A stretch of 64,000 nucleotides of DNA from Mytilus trossulus (lineage: Eukaryota), in NCBI RefSeq assembly GCF_036588685.1, contig NC_086377.1:5084001-5148000 (forward strand), read 5' to 3'. Positions within the stretch are counted from its first letter, which is position 1. Every line of letters starts with the position of its first letter. Of this stretch, positions 62,695-64,000 are shown piece by piece. Position numbers and translations under genes: made by a program. The notes below the pieces were generated by a model. It was not told where the DNA came from. It saw only the letters and a list, made by a program, of their open reading frames with translations, and made no database searches.

Positions 62695-64000
62695 AAAAGA
62701 GGGACGAAAGACACCAAAGGGACAGTCAAACTCGTAAATCTAAAACAAACTGACAACGCCATGGCTAAAAATGAAAAAGACAAACAGAAAAACAATAGTA
62801 CACATGACACAACATAGAAAACTAAAGAATAAACAACACGAACCCCACCAAAAACTAGGGTGATCTCAGGTGCTCCGGAAGGGTAAGCAGATCCTGCTCC
62901 ACATGCGGCACCCGTCGTGTTGCTTATGTGATTACAAATCCGGTAAATAGTCTAATTCGGTAGGTCAAATTCATGAAAGGGAAGGGGATTGTAGTTACGA
63001 CGTAAGGAACATATCCGATATCATTTGTGAAACGGTTATTCCATAACGGTCAACCAACTCGTGATGGCGTCCGTAAAATTTACGAAGGGATGATTTCAAC
63101 TTCACCATTTGGAACTCTTGGTTTAATAGCTTCCTTGTGAGCAGTAACCCTCTATCAAGAAAATCATGATAGGAAATGCAAGCACGGGAATATCGTATCA
63201 ATTGGGAGATATATACCCTGTATGCAGGTGCTGCTGGAATGTTGCTACTTAGAAATGGAAAGTTCACAATTGGAAAGCTGAAATCATCTCTTTTGTCGTA
63301 AAGTTTTGTCTTCAACCGACCCTCATTGTCAATTTCTAGATGTAAGTCAAGATATGAAGCCGACTTAACTGTATCTGTAGTATCCTTTATCTCCAATTCG
63401 ATGGGATAGATGCGATCCACATAGTCACCAAATTTTGAATTGTTTAGTGAAAGAACGTCATCTATATAGCGGAAAGTAGAGTTAACGGATATTGCTAACT
63501 TCTTATCTTTCTTCCTAAGAAGTTCCTGCATGAAGTCAGCCTCATAATAATAAAGAAACAAGTAGAGGGGCACAGTTTGTTCCCATTGGGATGCCGACAG
63601 TCTGTTGAAAAACACGTCCTCCGAACGTAACAAATATGTTGTCAATCAAGAAATCAAGCATCTTGATAATATCGGTTTCAGAGAATTTTTTGTTTGAATC
63701 AGAATGGTTCTTTACAAAGTATGATTTATCCCTCCCTAAGACAAGATACTTGTATCTACGTTGGCCATTCTTTTTTATGAAGCAAAGTAATACCAACTCT
63801 TTTAATTTGTCTTTTAGTTTGGAATGTGGAATACTTGTGTAAAGAGTAGAAAAGTCAAATGTTTTAATACTGTTACAAGATGAAAGAGAGTTAGATTGTA
63901 TGTACTCTAAAAGATCTTTGGAATTTTTAAGTATCCACATCTGATTCACGCCACCTCTAGAATAGGCAGTTTCACAATAACTTTGAAGCCCGTCTTTGAT
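62695..64000 (-). mobile_element. Penelope-like retroelement, Naiad-type (RT at the ORF C-terminus); 3' part only
   Basis: MWILKNS, FDFSTLYTSIPH, an insertion in the fingers region, GIPMGTNCAPL, RYIDD, LYDKRDDF..SQLIRY. ORF stops at 62995 with no C-terminal GIY-YIG; small deletion frameshift near 63560; 3' UTR 62695-62994. A degenerate 3' fragment lies at ~11965-12170. Confidence 0.85.

Overview
AT-rich eukaryotic genomic DNA, most likely a bivalve such as Mytilus (inferred from the C1qDC genes and repeat types). Left half: a ~24-kb tandem segmental duplication carrying two minus-strand FBXO31-like F-box genes. One is complete (13939-26550) and has two intact alternative terminal exons plus tandem arrays of its own splice sites; the other runs off the left edge. 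Right half: a minus-strand C1q-domain (C1qDC) cluster with 2 intact two-exon genes and 2 pseudogene fragments. Inserted in the cluster is a full-length 9.7-kb Gypsy LTR retrotransposon (36298-46002; 202-bp LTRs with 1 mismatch, TAAC TSD). Its architecture is the main candidate for a novel system: a ComEA-type helix-hairpin-helix at the Gag N-terminus, a -1 frameshift pseudoknot, a PHD finger after integrase, and an env-position module with an NLS, a C2H2-like finger and a TatD nuclease domain. The window also has several non-autonomous DNA transposons (one cointegrate-like pair), minimal hammerhead ribozymes and a Penelope-like (Naiad-type) RT at the right edge. All calls come from reading the sequence by eye; no searches were run.
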